A stretch of 64,000 nucleotides of DNA from contig NC_134034.1 in NCBI RefSeq assembly GCF_964204645.1, positions 4,357,814 through 4,421,813 of the forward strand. The letters are read 5' to 3'. How positions within the stretch are numbered: position 1 is the stretch's first letter; every line of letters starts with the position of its first letter. Made by a program: the position numbers and the translations under genes. Of this stretch, positions 26,601 through 38,852 are shown piece by piece. The notes under the pieces were generated by a model. It was given only the letters and a program-made list of their open reading frames with translations, had not been told where the DNA came from and did no database searches. This DNA comes from Tubulanus polymorphus (lineage: Eukaryota > Animalia > Nemertea).

Positions 26601-29600
26601 GGTGGCCGCCCCACTGAAACCTGTTGTGGAGAACAATGACTGTATCATAAGAGTGTATAGATCATAATAAAACGGATGGATGGCGGCTTCATTTTCCAGG
26701 TGAGCTCCACGATTTTCTTCGCGCGTTCAGGTCGTACTCGCAGCGGTTTAGCGGCTATGAGAGGCTCTGTTTCAGACATTACCCGTTCGTAACGGGCTGG
26801 CGGAAAGCGGATAGTACGTATGGATTTATCGAATCGGGAACGACCGATCAAATGAGGACGGCACGGAATCTGGGCATATCGCATATCGTTGTGTTTTCGA
26901 GAACGCCAAGCGCGTATCATCCGTTCGTCGCGGTAAATATAATGAGATTTAAGAGGTTGTGCTTTACGCGAACTATCATTCATCGTTCAAAGCCAAACCA
27001 CGATTTAACGATTTAAGTCTGTGAACGTTGTCAATGTAGGTGCTATTTAATATATTTCAGGCAACTATGTTTGACATGAACTCATATCTTTATCGCTGGC
27101 TTTATCTGACGTATGTGAGTATTGCTTTTCGTACATAATGAGAACTATTCGATTTACATTAGGTTGATGCCTCTCAAAATATCACTTGGATGATTTATTA
27201 TGCCAATAAGTTATGCATCCTCATCGGCATCAAGCATGTTTTATGACGCTTTTGACTGCAGGCGTAAAGTGATTCAAAAGCGCCAGCATAAACACATCTG
27301 GTCGAATAACGACTATTCGATGCGAAGCCATTACCGGTACATGTATTTTAGGCCATTTTGAATTACTCGAATGAATGCAATTTTTCTGGGAATAATGGAT
27401 GTCAAACAGAGAAAAATATTGAAATATATTTTCACATTTTCATTTAGAGCCACATATTTTACATTATCCCCGGCAGGGATTCGAACCTGATTGCATTGAG
27501 ACTTGCCAGGGTACGAAACCCTTCCATTCCTTGTCATTATTAGCCAATCAGATAACCCATTTTATTTTTGCCCGGGTTTTCCGTTTTTAGTTCTTCCGTA
27601 AAAATTTCCTCGGTGATTATACAACGAGCAATCTATTGGTGCTGCAGGTTTTCGTGCGGCAAACCTGCGCACCTGGTCTAGTGTGGCAAGGTTCCGTACC
27701 GTGGTGAGTCTCGATGCAATCAGGTTCGAATCCCTGCCAAGGGGCATTAAATTATGTGCCTGTGAGTAATACAATAATAAGTAATTTGAAAACAAGTTTT
27801 GATAATTTTTTCCCTTTGCTCTTCGACTTTTCCCTGTATCATGTTCTTCAAGTAATTGGTAAAAACACATAATGCTTTTCATTACTTCCGATGGCGTAAT
27901 CAGCATCACAAACCATGTTTCGTTTTTTACATTAATTACTTATATGCGTTATTCAAGGGGCTGCGAATCTAGGTGCACTGCGTCATCGGTATAGGTGTTT
28001 CAAAGTAAATGTGAATGAATATTAATATTGGCGTTTATCTTGCAATCAAATATCTTTTTATATTCAAATATGTTTTACGCCTTTTTAACGATTAATTTAT
28101 TAGCTATCAGTGTATTGTGTGCTTGTTTGTGCAGTACGTCATCAATGGGGCTAGACTGGATGTCGGTCAATTCAATTCAATTGATATATTCAAATTATTT
28201 TATTCATTGTGGATACGATGTATTATCAAGCAATAGGTATACGTTAATTTCCAATGCTTCACTAAAATTTAAGTTGGCTTTCTTATTTCTTTCTCAGGAG
28301 AACGTACCGTACGATATTTTCGCCAGGGGCAAAATCTCCCAAACGAATGCATCGCTGTCATTCCTCGATATGTTCAATGGAAATCTAGTAAACACGTATA
28401 ACCTGACCAGATTATCAACAGACCACAAGAGTCGTGATTATGGATTGTTCGATACGCTTCTTACTTTGAATAAATTTGCCGAGCGACAAATTGAAAGAAG
28501 ATCGGAACAGTTTTTTGTAAGTGAGGGGTTCACTATCGTCATTTATATATCACTATATATCATATACCTATCGACAAAACATAACGAGTTAACTTTATCT
28601 TCATTGACAACCTTCTTATTCTCAATGACTTCAATAATTCAGTGAATTTATGATCAGATACCAACGACGAACTTCTCATTCCCAATATCTTCAATGATTC
28701 AGTGAAATGATAATTACGTAATGTAGTTACTATTGAAAGCCTTCTCATCTACAGTAACTTCAACACTTCAGTAGATTTTATAATGGGTAACTGATTTTCA
28801 ATTTGATTCGATTCTAGGATTCGAAAGTCGAAGTTGATGGTTTAAGCGGTCGTTTCAACTTCTCGCTGAAGATATGTCGTGAGGCGCCCGCCGTTCAAGT
28901 TTGTGAGACGAACGCGGATAGAAATAGAACTCGGTGTAAAATGACTGGGTTAAAGGTAAGAAAAGCTTTTTGGCCAGTGTCAGCAGCAGTTGCCGATGGA
29001 AAGTTTGGTTAAAGCGAGAATTTCCTTTGACCAACGTAACCTTCTTTTCGTTTACGAAATACAAGTTTCTCATGTTATCAGCTTCAACGACTCTCGAATT
29101 CAGATAGATATCGTTGTTTTCAGTCACGCGGTACTGTATCCACCTGTCGTCCGCTCGTCCAAGCAGGTTTCCGTGCCCTATCCCTTAAACCGTTGAAGTT
29201 ATATTCCTAAAATTGGACCATATATGCGTTGCTCTAAGTTTGCGTGCTGTAGGTCAATAGTCAAGGTCACTGTAGTGTAGATTATCTAAATCATTTTTCA
29301 TATCTGGGTTTTAACTCATAAACGGTTCGAGTAAACTACGGGGGATTTGATGGATGGGCTACCCTAGGGACAGTGGATAACCGATAAAGTATTGAATACT
29401 GTCAACGTCACAAGAAGCCAATTCTATTGACATACATCGTTGTCTTTTAATTTTTAGTTCACGGATTGGAAGAAACTCGACAAAGGAAAACCGATTAGTC
29501 CTATTCCAGGTCCGGGCGTGAAAGTATATACTGGTAACATGGGCCGGATTATCTTAAGACTGGTCAGTAAAAGTCTCATGGTCGAGTGACGCAGTTTTCT

Positions 29601-31193
29601 TCAAACCAGTTGCAATAAGACGATTTCCAAGCCGTGCCGTATTATACGTACATGTAGTTCATTTACATATTATCTATTCGAATAGGAGCCCCCCTTCTTT
29701 ATGAAATCGAAAGATGGAAACCTCACGGGATTGTTTTACGATTTACTCGAAATGTACCGCAACGAAATTAACGTCGAATTTAAATACGTTCCATTCGCAC
29801 TAAGTACGGATATTTTGAATCAATTTAAAAGCTATGTGAGTATTACTCTGGCATCATCACATCTAGTTATTCAATTCGCTATCTGACACGAGAACGTGGT
29901 AAGTAAAAGATTTCAATTTTCTTCAGGGAGAAATATCGGCTGGCGGATTTTCCATCGACCTTGGACGGGAGACCAACGACATCGATTTCAGCGACCCGAT
30001 CTACCCGGCGTCACTACATTTAGTATCGAAGCTGCCCGGAGTTGAGAAGAATCGCTGGCAATTTCTGAAACCGTTCGTCAACACTTTATGGGTGGTCGTT
30101 CTGGCGACTACATTCATCATTAGTATATTGCTGTCGTTGTTGACGTTTATAGACTACACAACCGACACGATCTCGTTGGTGGACAGTTTCTACTTCACAG
30201 TGGCTCGACTGAGTAGCGGCAGTTCGGAGACTAATCCTAACGCCATTCCCAGTAGGATCCTCGTCGCCGTTGTAATGTTTTTCGGTCTCGCCCTATCCGC
30301 TGCATATACGGCCAATATGACGGCGTTTCTTCGCCTGAGAGCCGATGCAAAAACGATTACAGATCTGAACGAATTGGTCGAAAGAGGCGAGGGGAATTTC
30401 GGCGTAATTGGTAATTCCGAAGTCCAGAAAATATTGTCGAAAGCTCGGAAATTCCCTGATATTATGGTATGGAACACTATACGCCGAACAGGTAACGTCC
30501 TGCCGGATTTAGAAATCGCCGTTGAAAGGATCGTCAACGACAGTTTCATATTGCTAACCGATACGTTGACGGCGCGATACGCGGTAGCGCAAAGATGTGA
30601 TTTAATCGAGCACGGACTGAAGCAGTTGTACGGATTACGATTCGCGCTCGCTTTGCCAGAGGGCGCTATGGTCAAACGTCCGATCAACGCGATGATTGCT
30701 AGCATAAGGGAAAGCGGCAAGCAGAAAGAAGTGGAAGATAAGTAAGCTTTGGTCACGATCACACGGATACGATTAAACAGACGTGTAAGGCGTCGTACGT
30801 GTCTCAACACGGGGCAGATGTATAGTAGTATTGTAAAACTATGTTCTTGATTACGCAAAAGAAATTAGTTTTGGGACAGTCATCAAAATCTATTTTCCGT
30901 ATCGTAAATGATGTTTCGACTTTGAATTTCGATGTTTGCTCTTTTTTTTCAGGTACACCACGCGTCAGTTTAAATGTGACTATCGCGACGGGTGGTCAAG
31001 CGAAATATCTGAGACTGAACCGCTGACGTTTTTTGAAATGTCTGGTGTATTTTTCACATTGATTATCGGACTAGCCGTTGCGTCATTTGTAGCGCTTGTA
31101 GAACATCTGGTACTCATCTACAGAAGAGCAAAATTGCAGGAAAATGGCGGCGGTGATCAGGGTCACGTATCACCAGGATCTGTACCTCTTTAG
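17603..31193 (+). CDS. Divergent ionotropic glutamate receptor / IR-like channel with ATD. Exons: 17603-17693, 23743-23913, 25809-26054, 26700-26932, 27591-27647 (least certain), 28298-28516, 28818-28955, 29458-29562, 29686-29835, 29927-30741, 30953-31193; about 821 aa
   Basis: All introns GT-AG with compatible phases and an open frame throughout (2466 nt). Signal peptide METLRYSAIWVALFSSGFLMTAISA; ATD motifs AAIGP and VDGLSGRFNF; S1 EPPFFM...GLFYDLL and GRETNDIDFSDP; pre-M1 FLKPF...LW; M3 AYTANMTAFL; S2 RCDL; M4 PLTFFEMSGVFFTL. Confidence 0.85.
18278..18735 (+). repeat. Left subterminal array of the Merlin element, 8-bp units (GACTGGAT/GACTGGTT/GACCGGCC); resumes at 22060-22107
   Basis: Seen directly. 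Confidence 0.9.
18853..20310 (+). pseudogene. PIF/Harbinger (HARBI1-like) transposase, 3 exons (about 18853-19112, 19206-19406, 19568-20310)
   Basis: GAVDGTHIPI, YINRK, HDSRV, LLGDSAY, RMMIENTF, LKGRFRRL, LHN motifs; GT-AG introns; in-frame TAA at 19336-19338. Confidence 0.9.
21044..21087 (+). ncRNA. Candidate degenerate minimal hammerhead ribozyme
   Basis: CAT-CTGATGA-AGAG(CTTTGGA)CCCT-GAAA-TCGA-TC-GTG; one mismatch in stem II and a short stem I. Confidence 0.45.
21116..21975 (-). pseudogene. Harbinger Myb/SANT (MSANTD-like) DNA-binding partner, convergent with the transposase; intron 21744-21840; 5' end uncertain
   Basis: WAAILKLIDLH...(frameshift near 21650)...IWKQIA...QIKNKWKNLMKKYRK...FYDELDAYLG plus a C-terminal coiled coil. 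Confidence 0.8.
22138..22570 (+). pseudogene. Merlin transposase 5' fragment
   Basis: CIYC...WVCGIC...SVRKGSFFSKSNV zinc ribbon, then a frameshift to MGGEIEDNVIEI; truncated just before the expected first catalytic Asp (EIDE motif). Confidence 0.75.
22598..22753 (-). repeat. Right subterminal array of the Merlin element (CCAGTC units, inverted relative to the left array)
   Basis: Seen directly. Confidence 0.9.
23946..24232 (+). mobile_element. tRNA-derived SINE with L2-type tail, in iGluR intron 2
   Basis: A box TGGCTTAGTGG, B box GTTCGAACCC, AGCGCTTTGAG...AGGCGCTATA tail, (ATT)n end; flanking TTATGGAACTGT / TTATGGAATTGT duplication. Confidence 0.85.
27451..27758. repeat. Inverted pair of tRNA/SINE-head-like sequences (27451-27523 on -, 27688-27758 on +)
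   Basis: Both copies contain GTCTC(A/G)ATGCAATCAGGTTCGAATCCCTGCC, in opposite orientation. Confidence 0.75.
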
Positions 31194-31804
31194 AAGGTAG
31201 TTTATCTATTAGACAGGAATATCGATTGTATTCTCTGTATACGAGTGTCATGGAATAAGTCTTTGATTAATTGTAACTATGTTCTATGGAACGAACAAAG
31301 AGCTGCAATCTTCCTTTTCATTTTTTAAACATCGTTATAGAGCGTGGAAGATGTATTTCGATCGGAACCGTTCGGTTTACTGCATGCCCGAGGCTGAGGA
31401 CCTGGATGTGCTGACTACATCGCTCAGATGCTGAAACATAGCGGCTTGGTGCAGTAAATGAGTTTCACCCAGTCCCACAGTAGTTGTGAGTTGAGATAAA
31501 GCCAGCGTTTGAAACCAACCGAAATTAAATGTCTGACTCTGGATAAAGATTGAAGGCTTGTAAAGTATTCTACGTCGGAATTCCGTCTGTTCATTGTCAT
31601 GGCATGCAATGGTTCATGGCATGCATACGTGAGCTACCTTCGCTCTGCGACTATAACCACTGAGACAAGGTCGTACATGCACGGGAACAGTGTCGAACTT
31701 GTAGAGCAAAAAATCCTTTATAGATACCATTTCTTAATGAGGTGAACTTTATTTTTCCTAATTTAAGAACATTTATCACTGGGGCTTGTAACCTGAATTT
31801 TATT

Positions 31805-31885
31805 TCCTTGCTGTCGATAATCTCACTAAAATGGCGCTAAATTTGAACTGCGAATAAACTCAAAATATCACGGAAATAACTTGCA
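31805..31885 (+). repeat. Dispersed repeat, inverted copy at about 42795-42875
   Basis: AATGGCGCTAAATTT...CAAAATATCACGGAAATA matches the reverse complement of that copy. Confidence 0.65.
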
Positions 31886-33211
31886 GGTTTCAAGCACCTG
31901 TGCATATATTAATGTTTTTACAGCACAAGACCCAAAGATCTTAAGGAAGCTAGCAGTATTTAGAAAAGGGCACATAGCCTCATCTAGCCATTCTGTGCAC
32001 TGTTGTGACGCGGCGTTCTTCTCATAGTTGGTGTGTGACTACTTTCTCCACCAATGGTGTTGACTGGCTTATTTGGGTTTTCCTCAGCTTTCTCCTCTCT
32101 CAAGTTAATAGAACATAAGTTATAACAAGTCTTCTAATACGACTGCACTGCTTCTTTATTTTATTCTTATTGTTACATTCTTTTTCTTTCTCTTCTTAAC
32201 TCTTTTGTACTCTCCCTGAAGCAACAATCTAAGACTTATATGCTAATATGTACATTTCTCACATTCCTAAACTATTACCTCACCCACTTCTCCAATCTAA
32301 TATAACCCTATTTGGTATGTCCAATCCTTGCTACTTCCATTTTACTCCCTCCTGAACTACGCTAACCATCGATTATTAGTCCTTTTATTTTAAATATTGC
32401 AACTAATGCAGTTCTATCTTTTTCCCACCTTGTAATGTGATCCATTTGCCTCCAGTGTGCGCACCAGCACACATCTAGTGTGCACTATCGCGTGCACACT
32501 GCGCACACTACCTTTTCCCATGCACATAAAACCCTAAAACTGTTGCCTCTTCAGCACACACGTCCTAATTGCGTATATAATAATTATATATAATGATTAT
32601 ATGAAAGAAATAACTGTTACTGTATATTGTAAATATGGCTGGAATAACTGTATTTGTATAGCTGTAAACTGTTTATTTTTTGTATCTGTGCTCCAAAAAA
32701 TGTATAATTTCTGGCGCAATAAATTCAAATCTGAATCTGAGCTAAAGGAAGGACAAGCAAATATGCCCGATGACCCATCGCGGCCTTCACTAGCAAAAGG
32801 CAATATACATAAATTATTGTAAACTTTAAACGAATATGCCAACACCCAGGTAGAATTACTATACGCCTCATTTTAATTAATCTCATCAATCCAAGTACTT
32901 CATTATATTGATAACAGTAAAACGCACTCGTCACTGAAATCCTAATGATTCATATCGTTCATTGTTTATTGTTTACTAGTAATGATATCGGATATGATGA
33001 TTAAATACTTGTCGCTGATTGGTCGCCAATTAAAACCAAGTATATACAGGTTGATTTTAATACCGGTGTTGCATGTATTTACTGTTTAATCGGGGACGAA
33101 CTCGACGAAACTGACGAGACGTATCTTTTGCTGCGCAGGAGAACCCGTTTGTGACGAGAGAATTTCCCGATCAGGAAGCTACACCACGGGCGTCACGGGG
33201 TGCTAATAGAA

Positions 33212-36200
33212 ATGACACGGATTAAACCTATCGGGGCGTTTCTTATCGTCTGTGTAATTGCCGCAGCAACCAAAGCAGTCCATTCTCGTAAGTAATACAA
33301 ACAAAGCAGGGGTGGATTTAGGTTGTGGTAGGAAACCCGAGCCGAGTATCTTTTGTCAAGATATGCAACAGTAACATTATTGGTTGTTTTATGGTTATTT
33401 TGTTTAAGTATCGCTCCAAAAGCTCAGAAATTATCAATTTTTTTAAAGAATTTTCACTGGAGAGAACTAAAACCCATTATAGGCTTTAAGCTTAAATGCG
33501 CCTGCTCTTTGTGTACTATAACGCATACGCAACTAGGCCTAGGATGTTTTGTTGATATCTGGATTTACCCGTGCAATACCAGTTAAGAATTGTTTCCGTT
33601 ATGAAACTATGGTGGCTGGTTGCCGAATTGAAAAAAAGATGAAACTCCAGGCGTGCCCAAGAATTTGTATTTAAAGCACGCAAACGAAACGAATCGATGT
33701 TCGTTTTAGCATGGTCTTTTCGGTAAAAACCGATATTCTATTATAGGAAAGCGTTCCCTCTTAACATGACCCGAAATCCACCAAGATTTGGTTGCTATGT
33801 GGCGTTATAACGGAAAATTGTCATTTCAATATTTAATAGGAATCGACCTTAATGTTATTTATTTGATAGGTCGATTTAGTTGTTTTTTTTCTTTTGGTTC
33901 ATGGTGTCCCTTAAAAAACCACCTCATCTGCCGGGTGCGTGACAGTGGATTCTTTTTTTTTAAACCGGAAATTATCGAAGTACAGAATAGTTCTGTAATC
34001 GGCGGTGACACAAAATTGTTTGTTTGAATCGAAGTACGAGATTGGAAATGTCGGTTCCGATTCTTTCAAACAATCTCCCTTACCAGTTTGAAACGGCAAA
34101 CGACTGACTGGCGTGGCGTTTAAACGGACAAAATGGGTGCGCATTGGTTTAGAAAAATCTAACCTGCTTTTTTCGTGTTTTGAAAAATCCATGAATTTAA
34201 AAGCCCAAATTCGCTATCCGAACCAGCTTCCGTATACCTAGTTGAAGAGTATTTTCAAATTTCTTTTTCAGAGGATCGAAACGCTACGTCATGCTTTCCG
34301 GGACGCACGACTTGCTCAGACAATACCTGTTCTACGGAACATGATTTCAACGGCTGCCATTGCGACAAGTATTGTACACTGTTCGGCGACTGCTGTTTGA
34401 CCTACGCCGACCTAACGAACACCTCCTGCGCGCCGAGCAACCACTCCGACGACTTTCTCAAACGCTACAACGCGGTTCGCGACCAAATCGGCTGCGTGGA
34501 TGTGCCACTACCGTCTTTTTCATTAGGTATGGTCAATTCCTGCCCATTGTCATCGATCGAAAGGAGCGATATATCTAATTATTATTGTAACTCAGATTAT
34601 ATTCGTTACACATTACCGTACCAAATAATCCCGGTCGCTGATCGTTTTGGAATCGTATACAAAAACGCCTACTGCGCCATCTGTAACGGAGTTCGATTCG
34701 GCGAGTTGTCATTCGCGCAATTGAACACGAGCTTGTGTCCGAATGGACTGGGCGATATGGCCGACGGATTCGCCGAGATCAGAGGTCATTTGGATCCGAC
34801 GTGCGAAGAAATCACAGCTAAATTCCCTTATCGCTGGGACCCGAACGTCACGGCATTAGTTAGAGTATGCACGGATAGGGCGGTCGGTTGCCCCGTCAAG
34901 TCCGAGGCAGTCGTTTCGCGATCTACGGCGCTTTGTAACGAATATTTCGATACCGTACTGCATTTCGACTACACGACCGGGTATCAGACTCTGCGAAATG
35001 TACATTGTAACGAATGCTTGTACAACCGAACAGAATTACTGAACGAAAGCGGCACGTCTCTCGTCTGCACGGGGGCCTTTCCGGACGCCAACCTGGATAC
35101 AGTCTATTTCAAAACCGAATACACCGCCCATAAACCTCATTTCCATCGGCGATTCAACCGAACTGCGCCGTCCGTCGAAAAAAACGTCACCGCCGCACTG
35201 CTTTGCGGTTACGGTCACGTGATGTACACCGGCTCGTGCACGGCGGATCCGTTTTGCGACGACTGTCACCCTAGCAACGACAACAATAAGAAACCTATCG
35301 TTTCGGTGGAATTCGATGTGTACTACGACGCCGCTTACTCGACCATGACGATTATCAGCGAAGATTTAAAATCCACCGAGACGCATGCTGAATTGCACAT
35401 TCCTCTATTCCTCGAATGGTTGGGTTTATCCGGCGATGATCGACAGCCTTATGAAAATGTTTCTCTTGCTGTTAAGACCCCCGAATATTACGACTATACC
35501 ACGTACTTCTACCCCGATAACGGCCACAGCATACATGAGAAGGGGGACGGTTGGGAATCGATTTACTATCTAAACGTTACAATGGCGACAGAATTGGCGG
35601 CTTTTGACGTGTTGAAAACTTTCGTGTTGTCTCTCAGACAGATTACACGTTTCGGGGAGTTCCACGCGATCGCCATGAATTTCGACCTGTCTCTGATCGG
35701 CGGCGCCGATTTAACGTGTGACCTTGGCCGCAAAATGGAGATGAACGTAACAGACGATTTTTTGGAAAGAGTCTCGTCAATGACCGGGGGTGCAGGGCAT
35801 AATCGATGGTCGTCGATTCGTCTAATCGGCAACGTCACTGATCATATAATCAGCCTCCGTTTCTGTGACCCAATCGAAGCACGTTTCGGGGCGTGCTCGA
35901 TCAACACAGCCCCCCTAGCGGACGTTCAATTTAATACGGATGAAACCATTAGTTTAAAAAGCGACAAAGATGTAAAATACCCAACTTACTACGTAGATTC
36001 AACCAGCAATGAGGTTCATATTTGCGCTTCGGAAGCTGTTTCTACTCGTCAGAGAGAAACGCATTTTCAGAGGATTCTCACTATTCCAATATCCCTCGCG
36101 TTGCTTTTGGTCACCCTGATAATTTATACGGCGCATGCACAACTCCGTGCCGATGGCCTATCCCTATTCATTATAAACATAGCTATCGCTCTATTGGCGG

Positions 36201-36850
36201 CTCAGGGTTTGCTTCTCATGTCTTATTTCGCCCCTGAATGGGGAAATGTAGCCTGCATCGCCATTTCTATCTTTCATCATTGCGCCTGGTTGGTTGTCTT
36301 CTTCTGGGTCAATTCTCTCGGTATCTACGCGACTAAACTATTCACTCGTGGCACCATCTTTATTTTCTACGCGTACGGTGTACCCGTAGTCATAACGGGC
36401 GCATGCACCGTGCTGTATTTTAGAACATACCCCGCGTTTTACGGTACGGATCATAAAACGTGTTGGATCAGCGACCGCAACGCCTATCTATTCGCGCTAA
36501 TAGCGCCACTAGCGGCAACCGTAATCATTAATTTCGTTTGCTTTGTGGCCATCTTGAAAAACATCCTCACAGCTACCTCTCTGGACGATGATTGCGAGAA
36601 ATCATCCACCAAGAAGCGCTGCAGTAATTTCGAATTCATATCGGTCGTCTGCTTAACGGTTTTGATATCTGCTATCTGGATTTCTGATTCGATTGATCGA
36701 TACTTATTCAATGACGTCATCACGCAGTATCTATTTCTGGGTTTTAACGCGGCCTCCGATATTTTCGTATTCATCTTTTTCGTATTCAGACCACGAGCTT
36801 TGAAACTAATTCTATCGAGTAACTGGTGCGTTAGCAAAACACCTGAATAA
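33212..36850 (+). CDS. Class B (Methuselah/adhesion-like) GPCR with N-terminal somatomedin-B domain. Exons 33212-33287 and 34272-36850; about 884 aa
   Basis: Exon 1 encodes signal peptide MTRIKPIGAFLIVCVIAAATKAVHS with a GTAAGT donor; phase-1 acceptor at 34271. CHCDKYCTLFGDCC (SMB), YKNAYCAICNG and RNVHCNEC repeats; 7TM with CIAISIFHH...FFW, YGVPVV, CWI, INFVCF. Confidence 0.85.
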
Positions 36851-38285
36851 TTGCGCATTCCATTTGAGGCTTTTGTTAATCCGTCAAAATTTAATAATTA
36901 GATGCACACAGAAATTATACACCGCATTAACTGCGCAATGACCGCATAATGGTGTTTGCTTTGAAGCTACTTTAGAATTGCACATGTTCTTCGGAAATAT
37001 GTCAATGCTCGTTTTCATATCATCAATATCTTAATACGAAACTATGTACCTAATAGTGTCGCCGTGGAAATGAATTGGGCCTTGAAATTGTGTGTGGTAG
37101 TCAATCATCGTATGATGTGGTAGTTGATCATTGTAGCAAAGGCTATGAACGGGTGTTACTTATTTTTTTGGAGGGTCAAACAGGGGCTGACTAAATTTCA
37201 GCCAATCAGTAAGCAGAAATTCGAATTAAAGACTTTCACTGCATCACAACAATTTTAAAGCGCATGCCTGTTATGCAGTCGCAATGACCCATTTGGTAAA
37301 GCGCAAGACTTATACCTGGCGGGTTAGGAGTTCGAGTGGCGCGTAGCTCCGTATATATTTTGTTAATCTCCGATAGTTCCCGATCGGCACGGTTACAGGC
37401 CATCAAAGCTCATATGGTCTCCAAGACTGAATTCAATTGCCAATAAATTGAACAGTTTGAAATTCTGGGCCAAAGAAAATCACCCCTGGTTTCCACTACT
37501 CTAGTATATCATATAAATTTCACTTTTGCACCAGGACATATATATTAACTTCTCATTTTCTCTAGTTTTTGCATTTTTCTCTTACAGTGACAATTGGACT
37601 TTCTTAGTCGTAGACGAATAAAAACGGCGATCAATTTTCCCGGTTAATACAATGAGCACATTTGACTTTTTTTCTCTATAGAGCTATTTGTTGTCTATTT
37701 CAGTGTTTCAAAAATAAACGTATGAAAATGGTAAAGGGTTATTTGTTGTTTTGTGCTCGCTGTTGGGTTTTGATCACATGGAACCTTCATGAACTTTAGG
37801 TCGTATATTCGCCAGGGGCAAGAATAGAAAATTCGAGCCTCATACATGTACATAAGACTTTTTATGAAATGATTTTTTTAAGTCATGTATTGCGCAGGGT
37901 CCGATCTAAGCATTGTCCGATTGCCTAGGACAAGTATATTATCATCAGGGCGAGTAGGTTATCATTATCACATGTGCCACGGGTTAGTGCAATTTTGTGT
38001 CGCAAAGTTTTTTTTTTTCAATTCGATACAATTGGACGTAAAAGATGTCCCTCAATCGAGATTTTATACTTAATACCAAATAGGTATTTTATGTTTTAGC
38101 TTCATGACGTGGAAATTGGTTCATCTAGTAAAGCAATATGAAATGTATCTCTTCAGTCTCTAATCGTCGGTGATAATTTCAAAGTTTACTATTAGATATC
38201 GTTGGTAAAAGGCTATTCGTTCAATTAGGTTTGTCACCTCACTTGAAACAGGAGTGAATCCGATGAATGTCAGAGTCAAATAATC

Positions 38286-38852
38286 GGGGTCGTGTTATTA
38301 CTCCGAATTCCAATTACTCCGGTGTCCCAATACTCCGTAGTCACATTTTTCCGAAGACCCGTTACTCCGGAAATCTATTAGATAGAATTTAGTAAAAGCT
38401 GGTCCCATTACTCCGAAATAGCATTGCTCCAAGGTTCAAATACTCCGAACTATTTATTTTTGAGGATTAACTAAGCAGGACTGAAAGCTAGGCCTAATTT
38501 TTAAAGAAAAACTTACAAAAAATGATTAATTTAAAGTGCTGAAATAACATCTCTGAAAATGTTGTATTGATTTTTACAATAACATAATGCAGAGGGTAGA
38601 CCTATGATAATGATACAGGGTGCGACGACTTAACAGTAATTCTCCGTTTTGGAAATTCCGTGGCCAGGCGAGCTGTTCCAAAACGGTTTGCTAACGCCTA
38701 AACCACTCCCCATCTGAAACCCTTCAAATGAGGTTCATCAGTGTCGTCATTGAGATAATGTGCTCCATTTAAACGCGATTTCGGAATGGTATCGGCACTT
38801 CGTAGTTATGGGACTTCGGAGTATTTGGACTTCGGAGAAATGAGTATGCCCC
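38286..38852. mobile_element. MITE with subterminal TACTCCG repeats (MULE/Merlin-like)
   Basis: GGGG...CCCC ends, TTACTCCG repeats on the left and CTTCGGAG on the right; flanks AAATAATC / AAATAAAC. Confidence 0.7.

Noticed and set aside
28028-28645. 205-aa ORF as a separate gene (also 25697-26065, 23721-24032, 17555-17767)
   Set aside because: Each is an iGluR exon plus intronic read-through
28560-28790. Degenerate tandem repeat of about 63 bp in iGluR intron 6
   Set aside because: Looks like an ordinary decayed minisatellite with no sign of function
30190-30858. 222-aa minus-strand ORF; likewise 36484-36858, 35566-35838, 60243-60638 and 26645-26983
   Set aside because: Antisense shadows of real coding exons
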